Assembly (NCBI GenBank): GCA_017503375.1
Contig: JAFVTF010000071.1
Location: forward strand, 3,036-67,035
Source of the DNA: Lentisphaeria bacterium
GTDB lineage: Bacteria; Verrucomicrobiota; Lentisphaeria; Victivallales; UBA1829
Reading direction: 5' to 3'
DNA length: 64,000 nucleotides
Under the pieces are notes generated by a model. That model searched no databases, was not told the DNA's origin, and saw nothing but the letters and a program-made list of their open reading frames with translations. The position numbers and the translations under genes were made by a program. Positions 26,860 through 35,387 of the stretch are shown here, in pieces. Position 1 is the stretch's first letter, and each line of letters opens with the position of its first letter.

Positions 26860-27338
26860 ATATATGTGAACAAACAAAAATCAAGATGTTGGAAGGTGTC
26901 TCTCTTTCTGTTGAGGAACAGAGTCATCTTGAATCCTGTGCGGATTGCCGGATGAGTGCTGAACTGCTCAAACGGATGGAACAGCTCCCGGTAATGGAAG
27001 AGGATGTTCCTGCATATCTTGATAAAACTGTTCTTCAGGCTGCATCAGCAGCACTCCCGAAACGTCGTTGGAAACCCGTCATTTGGAAAGTTGCAGTTCC
27101 AATGGCCGCAGCTTTTGCGTTCGCTGCAGGTTTGCTCTTTTATCAGCCGTCTGAAAAACAGGATGTTCAGGTTGTTTTCAGTAAGGTTCCTGTTGTAAAA
27201 ACGAGGCATGTTTATGAGCTGAATGATGAAAACTTTGATGAAAAAGTTCTGGCATTGGCAATTGATGTCGGCAGCGGAATGGATTCTTTGACAGAATCCG
27301 TTGAATCAGTGAATGATGAATTGGATTTTATAATATAA
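26856..27338 (+). CDS. anti-sigma factor (zf-HC2 type, single-pass membrane)
   Basis: ATGA start/stop overlap with the sigma gene. It has the H-x3-C-x2-C motif HLESCADC and a TM segment WKVAVPMAAAFAFAAGLLFY. The track start 26775 is rejected because it lies inside the sigma gene. Confidence 0.7.
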   Translation: MNICEQTKIKMLEGVSLSVEEQSHLESCADCRMSAELLKRMEQLPVMEEDVPAYLDKTVLQAASAALPKRRWKPVIWKVAVPMAAAFAFAAGLLFYQPSEKQDVQVVFSKVPVVKTRHVYELNDENFDEKVLALAIDVGSGMDSLTESVESVNDELDFII

Positions 27339-27350
27339 GGGGATAACTGA

Positions 27351-27953
27351 ATGAAAATTTTTCTGACAATTTTGTTTGCAGCAGCGATACTTTGCTCTCA
27401 TGCCCAGAGACTTGTGCATAAAAGAGGTCCGGGAATGAGAAATCATCCGCAGATGCATCCGTTGATTTCTGTTTTGGAATCAGATATGTTTACTCCGGCA
27501 GAACGGACCCGCTTGAAAGATCTGGCTGAAAAAGACAGGAAAGCGTTTGCTCTGGAAATGCGGAAACATTTTATGAAGCATAGAAAGGCTGAAGCTGAAA
27601 AGATTCTGACTCTTCGTAAACAGGTGATAGAAGCAAAAGATCCGGCAGTCAGGAAAAAAGCTGAAGACGAGCTGAAAGTTCTTCTCCGGAAGAAAGCTGA
27701 TCAGCGTTTGGCTTTTCATAAAAAAATTCTTGATGAAACAGTTCGCAATATTCAGCATATGCAGCGGCGTTGTGATATGCTCCGGAAGGAATATGACAAC
27801 AGAAAGAATAATAAGGAACAGCTTGTAGAAAAAGAGCTGGAAAAAATTCTCTCAGCTGAACCTCCCGCTTATTTGAAACGGAATGCCGCCTGGGATCCGT
27901 CAAAACCGCTTCCCCCGCCTCCGATGATGAGGATGGATAAAAAAAATAAGTGA
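27351..27953 (+). CDS. secreted Lys/Glu-rich helical protein (possibly Spy/CpxP-like), third gene of the ECF operon
   Basis: Signal peptide MKIFLTILFAAAILCSHAQ, then a long charged helical sequence and a Pro-rich C-terminus. The functional call is weak. Confidence 0.55.
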   Translation: MKIFLTILFAAAILCSHAQRLVHKRGPGMRNHPQMHPLISVLESDMFTPAERTRLKDLAEKDRKAFALEMRKHFMKHRKAEAEKILTLRKQVIEAKDPAVRKKAEDELKVLLRKKADQRLAFHKKILDETVRNIQHMQRRCDMLRKEYDNRKNNKEQLVEKELEKILSAEPPAYLKRNAAWDPSKPLPPPPMMRMDKKNK

Positions 27954-27973
27954 CATTTTTCAAAAAAATCTGA

Positions 27974-28001
27974 AAAGCCCGGAAAAACTGGGCTTTTTTT
28001 T
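27974..28001 (+). terminator. rho-independent terminator
   Basis: Stem AAAGCCC (27974..27980) / GGGCTTT (27990..27996), followed by a T-run. Confidence 0.65.
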
Positions 28002-28103
28002 CTTTTTTACACCTGATATTTTTTTCTTATGCTCTTGAAAGTTGCACAATATAGGTGTAAATTACCGGATAAAGAAAAACAACCCATTAAGGAGAATTCA
28101 GAA

Positions 28104-29033
28104 ATGAAGAAAGTTTTGATTCCGACAAAGCTTGATAAAGTTGTCAAGCAGATCCTCGAAGAAAAAGGTTTTACTGTTGTTCAGGACAAGGATACCCCCC
28201 TTGCTGATCTTGCAAAAGCAAATGCTGATGCTTGTGCGGTGATCGTCCGCAGTGAAAAAGTTCCCGCAGAAATCATTGATCTCCTTCCTTCCTTGAAGCT
28301 CGTGGTCCGCGCCGGTGCCGGTTTCGATAATATTGATACAAAGTATGCCCGTACAAAAAATATCGATGTGATGAACACTCCCGGAGCAAACTCCAACGCT
28401 GTTGCTGAAGAAGTTGTTGCAATGATTCTTACAGCTTATCGCAAACTCGTTCCAGCTGACATTTCCACCCGCGCTGGAAAATGGGAAAAATCCAAATTCA
28501 TGGGCCGTGAGCTGACCGGTAAGACACTCGGTATTCTCGGTCTCGGTCACATTGGCCGTCTTCTCGCGAAACGCGTTTCCGGTTTTGAAGTCAAAGTTCT
28601 TGCTTTCGACCCCTTCGTTACCGCTGAAGCAGCAGAAAAAATGGGTGTAACCCTTTGTTCCGTTGAAGAAATTTTCAGTCAGGCAGATATCATTTCTCTT
28701 CACATTCCGGAAAATGATTCCACCCGCGGCATGGTCAATGAAAAACTTCTTGCTCTTATCAAGAACGGCGCAATGATCGTTAACTGTGCACGTGCAGGTA
28801 TTGTGGATGAAGATGCTCTCCGCAAAGCAAAAGCTGAAAAAGAACTGATCTATTGCAATGACGTTTACAAGAAAGATGCCGAAGGTGAAAAATCCATTGC
28901 AGATGTGGCAGATGTCATGGCTCCCCATCTTGGCGCAAACACCTATGAAGCAAACTTTGTTGCAGCCCGCCGCGCAGCAGAACAGACCGTTGATTACTTT
29001 GAACAGGGAAATACTTCCTGCGTCGTTAACTGA
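28104..29033 (+). CDS. serA: D-3-phosphoglycerate dehydrogenase, catalytic (substrate + NAD) portion, ending at an in-frame TGA
   Basis: AAGGAG RBS before ATG 28104. It has the NAD motif GILGLGHIGRLLAKR, plus NCARAGIVDE and the catalytic-His region APHLGANT. It stops at TGA 29031..29033, where long-form PGDHs continue. Confidence 0.8.
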   Translation: MKKVLIPTKLDKVVKQILEEKGFTVVQDKDTPLADLAKANADACAVIVRSEKVPAEIIDLLPSLKLVVRAGAGFDNIDTKYARTKNIDVMNTPGANSNAVAEEVVAMILTAYRKLVPADISTRAGKWEKSKFMGRELTGKTLGILGLGHIGRLLAKRVSGFEVKVLAFDPFVTAEAAEKMGVTLCSVEEIFSQADIISLHIPENDSTRGMVNEKLLALIKNGAMIVNCARAGIVDEDALRKAKAEKELIYCNDVYKKDAEGEKSIADVADVMAPHLGANTYEANFVAARRAAEQTVDYFEQGNTSCVVN

Positions 29034-29045
29034 GCCGAGGATGTA

Positions 29046-29675
29046 ATGGGATCGCATCAGGAATATCAGCAGCTGGCAGAAATTCTTGCAAATCTTGCAG
29101 GGTGTGCTCTGGGGAAAAACAGAAGTTTCAATAAAATAGAAGTCAGTTTCTATGGTGAACTCCATGATTCTGCAGAAGCCCTGTTTCTTTCTGTCTGCGC
29201 CGGTATATTCACAGATGCAGATCCCTTTCAGAACGGCAGAAAAGCTCAGGAATATCTTGACAGCAAAGGTATTGTATTTGAAAATCGTGAAGTGGACGAA
29301 TCCAAGAAGTATGGAGAGTCCATCACACTGGATCTGCTGGATGGCGAAAATTGTCTTGTTTCGGTTCGCGGAACTTTTACAGAAAACAAGATGATGATAT
29401 CCCGGATCAATGATTTTGATAATCTTTACCTTATTCCTCATGGCAGCAATATCTTTTTTGAATATGAAGATAAACCCGGTGTGATTGCAAAGTTATCCGG
29501 GATTCTCAGCATATCCGGAATCAATATTGCAGATATAAGAGCACCGCAGGTCAAGACTGGAGCATTCCCCCGTTCTCTGGCAGCAATTAAAACGGATACG
29601 GAAGTTTCTGATGAACTTTTGAATAAGATGGCGGATTTTGTCAATGCAATCTCAGCATTCAAATTCAATTGTTAA
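29046..29675 (+). CDS. ASB-like + ACT regulatory portion of long-form phosphoglycerate dehydrogenase, as a separate ORF
   Basis: It is in the same frame as 28104..29033 and starts 12 nt after that ORF's TGA, with GAGGA 4 nt upstream of the ATG. The sequence is collinear with the B. subtilis-type SerA C-terminal half. The ACT signature is FFEYEDKPGVIAKLSGILSISGINIADIRAPQ. Confidence 0.7.
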   Translation: MGSHQEYQQLAEILANLAGCALGKNRSFNKIEVSFYGELHDSAEALFLSVCAGIFTDADPFQNGRKAQEYLDSKGIVFENREVDESKKYGESITLDLLDGENCLVSVRGTFTENKMMISRINDFDNLYLIPHGSNIFFEYEDKPGVIAKLSGILSISGINIADIRAPQVKTGAFPRSLAAIKTDTEVSDELLNKMADFVNAISAFKFNC

Positions 29676-30168
29676 TGAATCCGAACAGCGAAGCACCGGG
29701 AATTTCAATCCGGTGCTTCTTTCTTTCGGTGGAAATATTGCCGGAACACTGGAACGTTTTGAACGTGCATTACAGCTTCTAAGCCAGCGCGGATTCCGGA
29801 TTCTGAGCGTATCAGAACCATTGATAAATCCGGCAATCGGCTGTGAGCCGGGGGCTGCAGATTTCACAAATCTGTGTGTGCTTGGGGAGTGGCAGGGAAC
29901 ACCGCTTGAATTATTGGATTTGACACAATCTATTGAAGTGGAAGAAGGCCGTCCGGCGGATCACCCCCATTGGGTATCCCGGACTTTGGATATTGATATT
30001 ATTCTGATGGGGTATGTGAAAATTGATCTGCCCCGTCTGAAAGTACCGCATCCTCTGGCATCTGTCCGTGATTTCGTGATGAAGCCTGCCCGAGAAATCC
30101 TGCCGGAAGATTTGATAAAATTCCTTGAAAATCAGGCGGAAATTTATAAAAAAGAAGACAAGTTTTGA
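29638..30168 (+). CDS. folK: 2-amino-4-hydroxy-6-hydroxymethyldihydropteridine diphosphokinase (HPPK)
   Basis: LLSFGGNIAGTLERFERALQLL, RTLDIDIILMG and LKVPHPLASVRDFVMKP are HPPK motifs. The start is uncertain: ATG 29638 overlaps the upstream ORF by 38 nt, whereas GTG 29713 would give the usual short N-terminus. Confidence 0.8.
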   Translation: MSMQSQHSNSIVNESEQRSTGNFNPVLLSFGGNIAGTLERFERALQLLSQRGFRILSVSEPLINPAIGCEPGAADFTNLCVLGEWQGTPLELLDLTQSIEVEEGRPADHPHWVSRTLDIDIILMGYVKIDLPRLKVPHPLASVRDFVMKPAREILPEDLIKFLENQAEIYKKEDKF

Positions 30169-30218
30169 AAAATATCGGGATAATCGTTGATAATCTTGAA
30201 AAAAAGTAAATTTCAGAC

Positions 30219-30246
30219 TTGCAAAAATATGTTACCGTGATATATT
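30219..30246 (+). promoter_or_regulatory. candidate sigma70-like promoter for rpsD (TTGCAA-16-TATATT)
   Basis: TTGCAA at 30219..30224 and TATATT at 30241..30246, preceded by TGA. This would leave a ~100-nt leader. Confidence 0.35.
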
Positions 30247-30353
30247 ACCAAGATATTCTGCAATTCGGCAGAAGAGTTGTCTGAGAGGTCCCTGTCTTTG
30301 CTTGACACCTCCGGACAAAGAAACAGAACCTTTTCAAGAAGAAAGGAATCGGG

Positions 30354-30956
30354 ATGAAACAAGTTCAGGCTAAACACAAAATGTGCCGTCGGCTCGGATA
30401 TTGTATCTGGGGTGCGGCTAAGTGCCCGAGCGCAAAGAGACCCTATGCTGCAGGTCAGCAGGGAAGTAACGCCAAGAAGAAAAAACTTTCCACCTATGGC
30501 GTCATGATGCAGGAAAAACAGAAGCTGAAAGCACACTACTGTCTTACAGAAAAACAGCTTCGCAACATCTTCCTTGAAGCAAAACGCCGTCCGGGACAGA
30601 CAAACGAAGTTCTCATGCAGCTCATCGAGCTCCGTCTCGTTTCCGCTGTTTACCATGCTGGATTTGCTCCCACAATCTTCGCAGCAAAACAGTATGTTGC
30701 TCACCGTCATATCCTCGTTGATGGAAAAATCGTCGACCGTCCTTCCTATCAGCTGAAGCCCGGTCAGGTTCTTTCCGTGAACGTTGAAAAGTCCGCTAAG
30801 ATTGCTGAAGCTATCAAGGCAATTGATTATGTGGTTCCCGCCTACTTTGAATCCAACAAGGATGACATGAAGGTCACAATTCTCCGTGAACCCATGATCG
30901 ACGAAATTCCCGCCAAAGTCGAAACCATGCGCGTGGTCGAATACTACGCACGGTAA
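30354..30956 (+). CDS. rpsD: 30S ribosomal protein S4
   Basis: The sequence shows KMCRRLGYCIWGAAKCPS, YGVMMQEKQKLKAHYCLTEKQLRNIF and the S4 domain LELRLVSAVYHAGFAPTIFAAKQYVAHRHILVDGKIVDRPSYQLKPGQV. Confidence 0.92.
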   Translation: MKQVQAKHKMCRRLGYCIWGAAKCPSAKRPYAAGQQGSNAKKKKLSTYGVMMQEKQKLKAHYCLTEKQLRNIFLEAKRRPGQTNEVLMQLIELRLVSAVYHAGFAPTIFAAKQYVAHRHILVDGKIVDRPSYQLKPGQVLSVNVEKSAKIAEAIKAIDYVVPAYFESNKDDMKVTILREPMIDEIPAKVETMRVVEYYAR

Positions 30957-31036
30957 TTTTCCGCTTTGGAACAGAAAGGATCCCGGCACAGTTTTGTATC
31001 GGGGTCTTTTCCGGAATCATCCGGATCCGTTTCGCT

Positions 31037-31594
31037 ATGAACGATGCAGAACCGAAGAAGTCGAAAAGAACCAAAATAAAGCGTTCTCCTCTGGAGATGG
31101 CGGCAATGATGTTATCTGTCAGGCCGCTGAGCCGTGCAGAACTCAAAAAAAAGCTGCATGACAAAGAATTGTCCTGGGAGGTCGCTGAAAATACAGTTCT
31201 TGAATGTGAACGTCTTGGGTTCGTGAATGATCCGGATACCGCAGAGTCTTATGTAAGATCTATGCGGAACCGTGGAGACGGCACCAGAAAAATCCGAATG
31301 AAACTGCGGGTTCGCGGATTCAAAAAGGATGATGTGGAAAATGCCTTTCTGCGGGAAGAAGAAGCATCGGAAAGAAGCGAAACAGATGTCGCCCTAAGCG
31401 TGTTAAACCGCAGAAGGCTGACATTGGAACGTGAGGATAATATACTGAAACGGAAGAACAAGGCGTTGCGGATTTTGGCATCAAGAGGTTTTACTCCGGA
31501 TGCATCATTCAAAGCTTTGGATCTTTTTTTCGGAAGAGCAGATAATCTGGTCTTGGAAGATGAGGAGTTCCCGCAAGGGCAGCAGGATTGCTGA
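31037..31594 (+). CDS. recX: recombination regulator RecX
   Basis: LSVRPLSRAELKKKLHDKELSWEVAENTVLECERLGFVNDPDTAESYVRSMRNRGDGTRKIRMKLRVRGF shows the typical RecX repeat pattern. Confidence 0.75.
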   Translation: MNDAEPKKSKRTKIKRSPLEMAAMMLSVRPLSRAELKKKLHDKELSWEVAENTVLECERLGFVNDPDTAESYVRSMRNRGDGTRKIRMKLRVRGFKKDDVENAFLREEEASERSETDVALSVLNRRRLTLEREDNILKRKNKALRILASRGFTPDASFKALDLFFGRADNLVLEDEEFPQGQQDC

Positions 31595-31620
31595 AAAATC
31601 CTGATTTTTCAAAAAGTTGT

Positions 31621-31648
31621 TTGCAATTTGAAAAATGCCGTGTATATT
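31621..31648 (+). promoter_or_regulatory. candidate sigma70-like promoter for rpmE (TTGCAA-16-TATATT)
   Basis: TTGCAA at 31621..31626 and TATATT at 31643..31648, preceded by TG. It has the same architecture as the rpsD candidate. Confidence 0.4.
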
Positions 31649-31725
31649 ATTTTAACGTGGAAACAAACGGGATGGGGAAACCCTTCTCACACAATAAACT
31701 ACAACTTAAGTAAGGTTTCAGAATC

Positions 31726-31938
31726 ATGAAAGAAGATATTCATCCTAATTTCGGTCCTGCCAAAGTGATTTGCGCTTGCGGCAAAGTTTGGGATATTTAT
31801 TCCACCAGAAAAGAACAGCGCGTTGGTATCTGTGCAGATTGCCACCCGTTCTTCACCGGTAAAAAGAAATTTGTTGACGTCGCTGGCCGTGTTGACAAAT
31901 TCAACAAACGTTACGGAAACGTCAAGTTCTCCAAGTAA
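31726..31938 (+). CDS. rpmE: 50S ribosomal protein L31 (Zn-binding C+ form)
   Basis: The sequence is [64 protein letters not shown], with the CxC...CxxC Cys pairs. Confidence 0.92.
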   Translation: MKEDIHPNFGPAKVICACGKVWDIYSTRKEQRVGICADCHPFFTGKKKFVDVAGRVDKFNKRYGNVKFSK

Positions 31939-31951
31939 TTTTGTTTTTTTT

Positions 31952-32015
31952 CTGTCGTTTCAACCTCGAGTGCGTCCCCCCCATGCATTGGAGTTGAAAC
32001 GACAGTTTTTTTTTT
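31952..32015 (+). terminator. rho-independent terminator
   Basis: 13-bp stem CTGTCGTTTCAAC (31952..31964) / GTTGAAACGACAG (31993..32005), with partial pairing inside the loop, then T10. Confidence 0.8.
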
Positions 32016-32040
32016 ATTACCTCTCTCTGTAGGATTTTTT

Positions 32041-33150
32041 ATGACGCCCTCTGATATCGCACCTCATATTGATTTGATGAAAGTCCGTTTTTCCGAATTG
32101 GAAAAAGAGTTGGCGTCGCCTGATATTTATGCAAAACCAGCAGAATGTAAACGCCTGACTTCAGAACGGAGAAGAATTGCCAACATATTGGAATTGTATT
32201 CTGCTTGGTCTGCTGCACTCAACGATATTGTTTCTAATACAGAATTTCTTGAAACAGAAACAGATCCTGAATTCCGTTCTCTGATTGAAAACGATCTCTC
32301 TGATTGCCAGAAAAAATCTGAAGAGCTGGAAAATCAATTGATGAGTTCTCTTGTTCCTCCCATGCCGCAGGATGATCGCAATACGATCGTTGAAATTCGT
32401 CCAGCCGCTGGCGGTGATGAAGCCGCTTTGTTTGCTGGGGAATTGTTCCGGGCTTATCTGAAGTTTGCGGAACAGAAAGGATGGAAACATGAAGTGCTTG
32501 ATTCTACCGAAACAGATTTGGGCGGAATCAAGGAAGCTGTTTTTTCTCTTTCCGGTGATGATGTTTATTCTTACATGAAGTTTGAAAGCGGGGTTCACCG
32601 GGTGCAGCGTGTTCCCACAACAGAATCCGGCGGAAGAATTCATACTTCTACGATTACAGTATCAGTCTTGCCGGAAGCGGAAGAAGTTGACAGCATTGAT
32701 TTCCGTCAGGAAGACTTGGAAGTTTCCACCTTCCGGGCATCCGGGGCAGGAGGACAGCATGTGAACCGGACAGATTCAGCTGTACGTATTGTTCACAAGC
32801 CGACCGGGATTACAGTGGCCAGTCAGCAGGAGCGTTCACAGCTCCGTAACAAAGAAATCTGTTTGCGTATTTTGAAAGCGAAACTTCTTGAGATGCGTAT
32901 GCGTGAAGAAGCGGAAAAACATGCTTCTGATAAACGGGCTCAGGTTGGAACCGGAGATCGGAGTGAACGGATTCGTACTTACAATTTTCCCCAGAGCCGT
33001 GTAACCGATCACCGGTACGGGATTTCAGCGTTTGATCTGCCCGGGCTTATGGAGGGCGATCTTGGACAAATCCTTGATCCGATCCGGGAGTCTTTGAATC
33101 AGGAAGCCGTACAGAATCTTCTCTCTGGTCTGAGTTCATCCGGACAATAA
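32041..33150 (+). CDS. prfA: peptide chain release factor 1
   Basis: It has the GGQ motif RASGAGGQHVN and the RF1-type tripeptide region RVQRVPTTESGGRIHTST (P-x-T). Confidence 0.9.
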   Translation: MTPSDIAPHIDLMKVRFSELEKELASPDIYAKPAECKRLTSERRRIANILELYSAWSAALNDIVSNTEFLETETDPEFRSLIENDLSDCQKKSEELENQLMSSLVPPMPQDDRNTIVEIRPAAGGDEAALFAGELFRAYLKFAEQKGWKHEVLDSTETDLGGIKEAVFSLSGDDVYSYMKFESGVHRVQRVPTTESGGRIHTSTITVSVLPEAEEVDSIDFRQEDLEVSTFRASGAGGQHVNRTDSAVRIVHKPTGITVASQQERSQLRNKEICLRILKAKLLEMRMREEAEKHASDKRAQVGTGDRSERIRTYNFPQSRVTDHRYGISAFDLPGLMEGDLGQILDPIRESLNQEAVQNLLSGLSSSGQ

Positions 33151-33190
33151 AAAAACTCTTCTCCACACATGCTGCAGGAAAAGAGTTTTT
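33151..33190. terminator. bidirectional terminator between convergent prfA and the SGNH gene
   Basis: AAAAACTCTTCTCC...GGAAAAGAGTTTTT: a 10-bp stem with one mismatch, flanked by an A-run and a T-run. Confidence 0.6.
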
Positions 33191-33207
33191 CGTTATGACA
33201 GCGTTTC

Positions 33208-33840
33208 TTATTTGATCAAATCTGCTGCTGCTTTCATCCATTCTTTCTGAATGAGTCGATGTCCTGCAGGGGCCGGATGAATGCCATCGGACATCCAATA
33301 TTCCTGGGGAGCATCTTTCAATGCCGCGTCGAAAATGCTTTGCAGAGGAATAAAGATCTGTTTGTAATCTTCTGCAATTTTTCTGACGACTTCCTGACGT
33401 TTTTTGACATCAACGATCCATTCATCATTAACATTTCCCATTGGGAATACGAAAGGTTCCATCAGAATGAACTTTGTATCCGCCTTTGTTTCCAGAGTCC
33501 AATCCATGATCATACGGTAAATCATATCATAGCGGGGAACTTCCACGCCATTCTGACTGCAGATTTCGTGTCCGGTATCGTTGACCCCAATCAGAATACT
33601 GATGATATCCGGACGGAAATTGAGCGCATCGATTCTCCATCTGGCATAAAGATCAACGATTCTGTTTCCGCTGATTCCGCGGTTGATAACTTCCCATTTA
33701 CCGGGCTGATCACCCATGAGCTGTGTTGCGATCATTCCTGCATAGCCGGGACCCCAGAGGTCTTTCGGATAACCTGCGCCGCCGGAAGTGATTCTTCCGC
33801 AATCTGTGATGGAATCTCCCTGAAATAACAATGTTTTCAT
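33208..33840 (-). CDS. SGNH/GDSL-family hydrolase (tandem copy 1)
   Basis: Block I is LLFQGDSITDCGR, followed by GISGNR, and the C-terminal catalytic block is DGIHPAPAGHRL. Confidence 0.85.
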   Translation of the reverse strand: MKTLLFQGDSITDCGRITSGGAGYPKDLWGPGYAGMIATQLMGDQPGKWEVINRGISGNRIVDLYARWRIDALNFRPDIISILIGVNDTGHEICSQNGVEVPRYDMIYRMIMDWTLETKADTKFILMEPFVFPMGNVNDEWIVDVKKRQEVVRKIAEDYKQIFIPLQSIFDAALKDAPQEYWMSDGIHPAPAGHRLIQKEWMKAAADLIK

Positions 33841-33852
33841 GAAAAAACCTCT

Positions 33853-34473
33853 TTATTTAATCAGATCTGCGGCGGCTTCAAGCCATGCTTTCTGGATCAG
33901 ACGGTGTCCGGCTGGGGTGGGGTGAACGCCATCGCGGAGCCAGTATTCCTGCGGAGCCCGTTTCAGAGCATCATTGAACACACTTTGCAGGGGGACAAAG
34001 ACTGTTTTATAATCCTCGGCAATTTTTCTGACGACAGCTCGGCGTGCATCCATTTCAGGGAGCCAGGATTCTTCCACGGCACCGAAGGGGAGAACAAAAG
34101 GTTCCAGCAGAACGATTTTGACATCCGGCAAAGCTTCGAGAGTCCAATCCATGAGCATACGATAGAACTTATCGTAGCGGGGAACTTCCACGCCGTTTTG
34201 ACGGCATTCGTGCCATGTGTCGTTAACACCGATGAGGATACTGAGGATATCGGGCTTGAAGTTGAGAGTATCTATTTTCCAGCGTGCGTAAAGATCAACG
34301 ACTCTGTGTCCGCTGATTCCGCGGTTGATGATGTTCCATTCTTTTTCCGGCTGATCGCCAAGAAGCTGAGCAGCAATAAAACTGGGATAACCGAGTCCCA
34401 TGTTATTGCCGTCTCCTATTGCAGTCCTTCCGCAATCAGTGATAGAGTCTCCTTGAAATACCAATGTCTTCAT
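33853..34473 (-). CDS. SGNH/GDSL-family hydrolase (tandem copy 2)
   Basis: LVFQGDSITDCGR, GISGHR and DGVHPTPAGHRL are present, and the protein is collinear with copy 1. The start is set at ATG 34473 (AGGAG RBS) rather than the track start 34539. Confidence 0.8.
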   Translation of the reverse strand: MKTLVFQGDSITDCGRTAIGDGNNMGLGYPSFIAAQLLGDQPEKEWNIINRGISGHRVVDLYARWKIDTLNFKPDILSILIGVNDTWHECRQNGVEVPRYDKFYRMLMDWTLEALPDVKIVLLEPFVLPFGAVEESWLPEMDARRAVVRKIAEDYKTVFVPLQSVFNDALKRAPQEYWLRDGVHPTPAGHRLIQKAWLEAAADLIK

Positions 34474-34623
34474 AAAATTTTTCTCCTGATTTTTAGAGTG
34501 ATATTCCATTAATTTACCCTCACTGAGCAATATATTCAAGGCGTTTTTCTTCCGAAAAAGTGAAAAATAAAAAAAAAGTGAACGTTTTATCGTATTTTTT
34601 TGCTATTTTCTTGCTTGCGGAGG

Positions 34624-34652
34624 TTGCTTTTTTCAAAATAGGGATATATTAT
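34624..34652 (+). promoter_or_regulatory. candidate promoter for the pseudopilin operon (TTGCTT-17-TATTAT)
   Basis: TTGCTT at 34624..34629 and TATTAT at 34647..34652, about 40 nt upstream of ATG 34692. Confidence 0.3.
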
Positions 34653-34691
34653 ACAACAAATGAACCAGACAAAAAACAAGGAGGATGATGT

Positions 34692-35369
34692 ATGAGAAAA
34701 AAAAGACATCTTTCCAAATTCAACTTGATTGAAATCGTGCTTGCCATAGGAGTGGTTGCTTTAGGTATGACAGCGGTCCTTGCTCTGCTGCCTCCCGCGC
34801 TGAATGCAAATATTGATTCCCAGGGCGATGCAAATGCCGCTGAAATTGCATCCAATGTGATTACCTATATAGATAAAATTGCTCAAGAGAGTGCAAAAGA
34901 TACTTCTGAATTCAAAAAAGTAGAAGGCGATACCCGGACGGCTGCTGAGATTGCCGCTGCGGATGAAACAGCGTGGAAAACAACTTTAGAGAATCATTTT
35001 GAGACAACTGCTCCTGCAGAAGATTCTGTAAAAGTTTCCGGGGAAAGTTTTGGAAACAAAATGGCTGCTCCGTTTTCTCAATTTAATATTGAATCCGGAA
35101 CTCCAACAAAACCCGGCTGGATGACTTATGTAAAAACGGAAGCTGACGGAACGGAAACAGCTGTCGCTAATGTTTATGTCTGGATGAAAAATATTACAGC
35201 CGGTGCAGCAGATCATGAAAAAATCAACGGCATCGGTTCCGTAACTGTTGTCCGCAGCTGTTACCGTTTCTATATCAAAGTCTGCTGGCCCGCTGATGCA
35301 CCCGCCGATGCAGAGAACCGTCAGGAGCGTACTTATGTCCATGAAGTCCTCCGTCCTGTAAAGAATTGA
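34692..35369 (+). CDS. GspI-like minor pseudopilin (enlarged)
   Basis: The N-terminus MRKKRHLSK-FNLIEIVLAIGVVALGMTAVLALLPPAL is a pilin-type helix with Glu+5. AAGGAGG RBS. First gene of a tightly coupled seven-gene operon. Confidence 0.7.
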   Translation: MRKKRHLSKFNLIEIVLAIGVVALGMTAVLALLPPALNANIDSQGDANAAEIASNVITYIDKIAQESAKDTSEFKKVEGDTRTAAEIAAADETAWKTTLENHFETTAPAEDSVKVSGESFGNKMAAPFSQFNIESGTPTKPGWMTYVKTEADGTETAVANVYVWMKNITAGAADHEKINGIGSVTVVRSCYRFYIKVCWPADAPADAENRQERTYVHEVLRPVKN

Positions 35370-35387
35370 TAACGCAGGAGAAAGTTT

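Noticed and set aside
29031-29033. The serA in-frame TGA read as selenocysteine or as a reassigned sense codon.
   Set aside because: The position aligns to an inter-domain linker in long-form PGDHs where no Cys or catalytic residue is expected. I see no convincing stem-loop immediately downstream. TGA terminates many other well-defined genes in the window.
30247-30353. A possible structured S4-autoregulatory leader upstream of rpsD, and similarly an L31 leader at 31649..31725.
   Set aside because: Only short, ambiguous hairpins are visible (for example CTGCaattcgGCAG). I cannot support a conserved RNA structure without covariation analysis.
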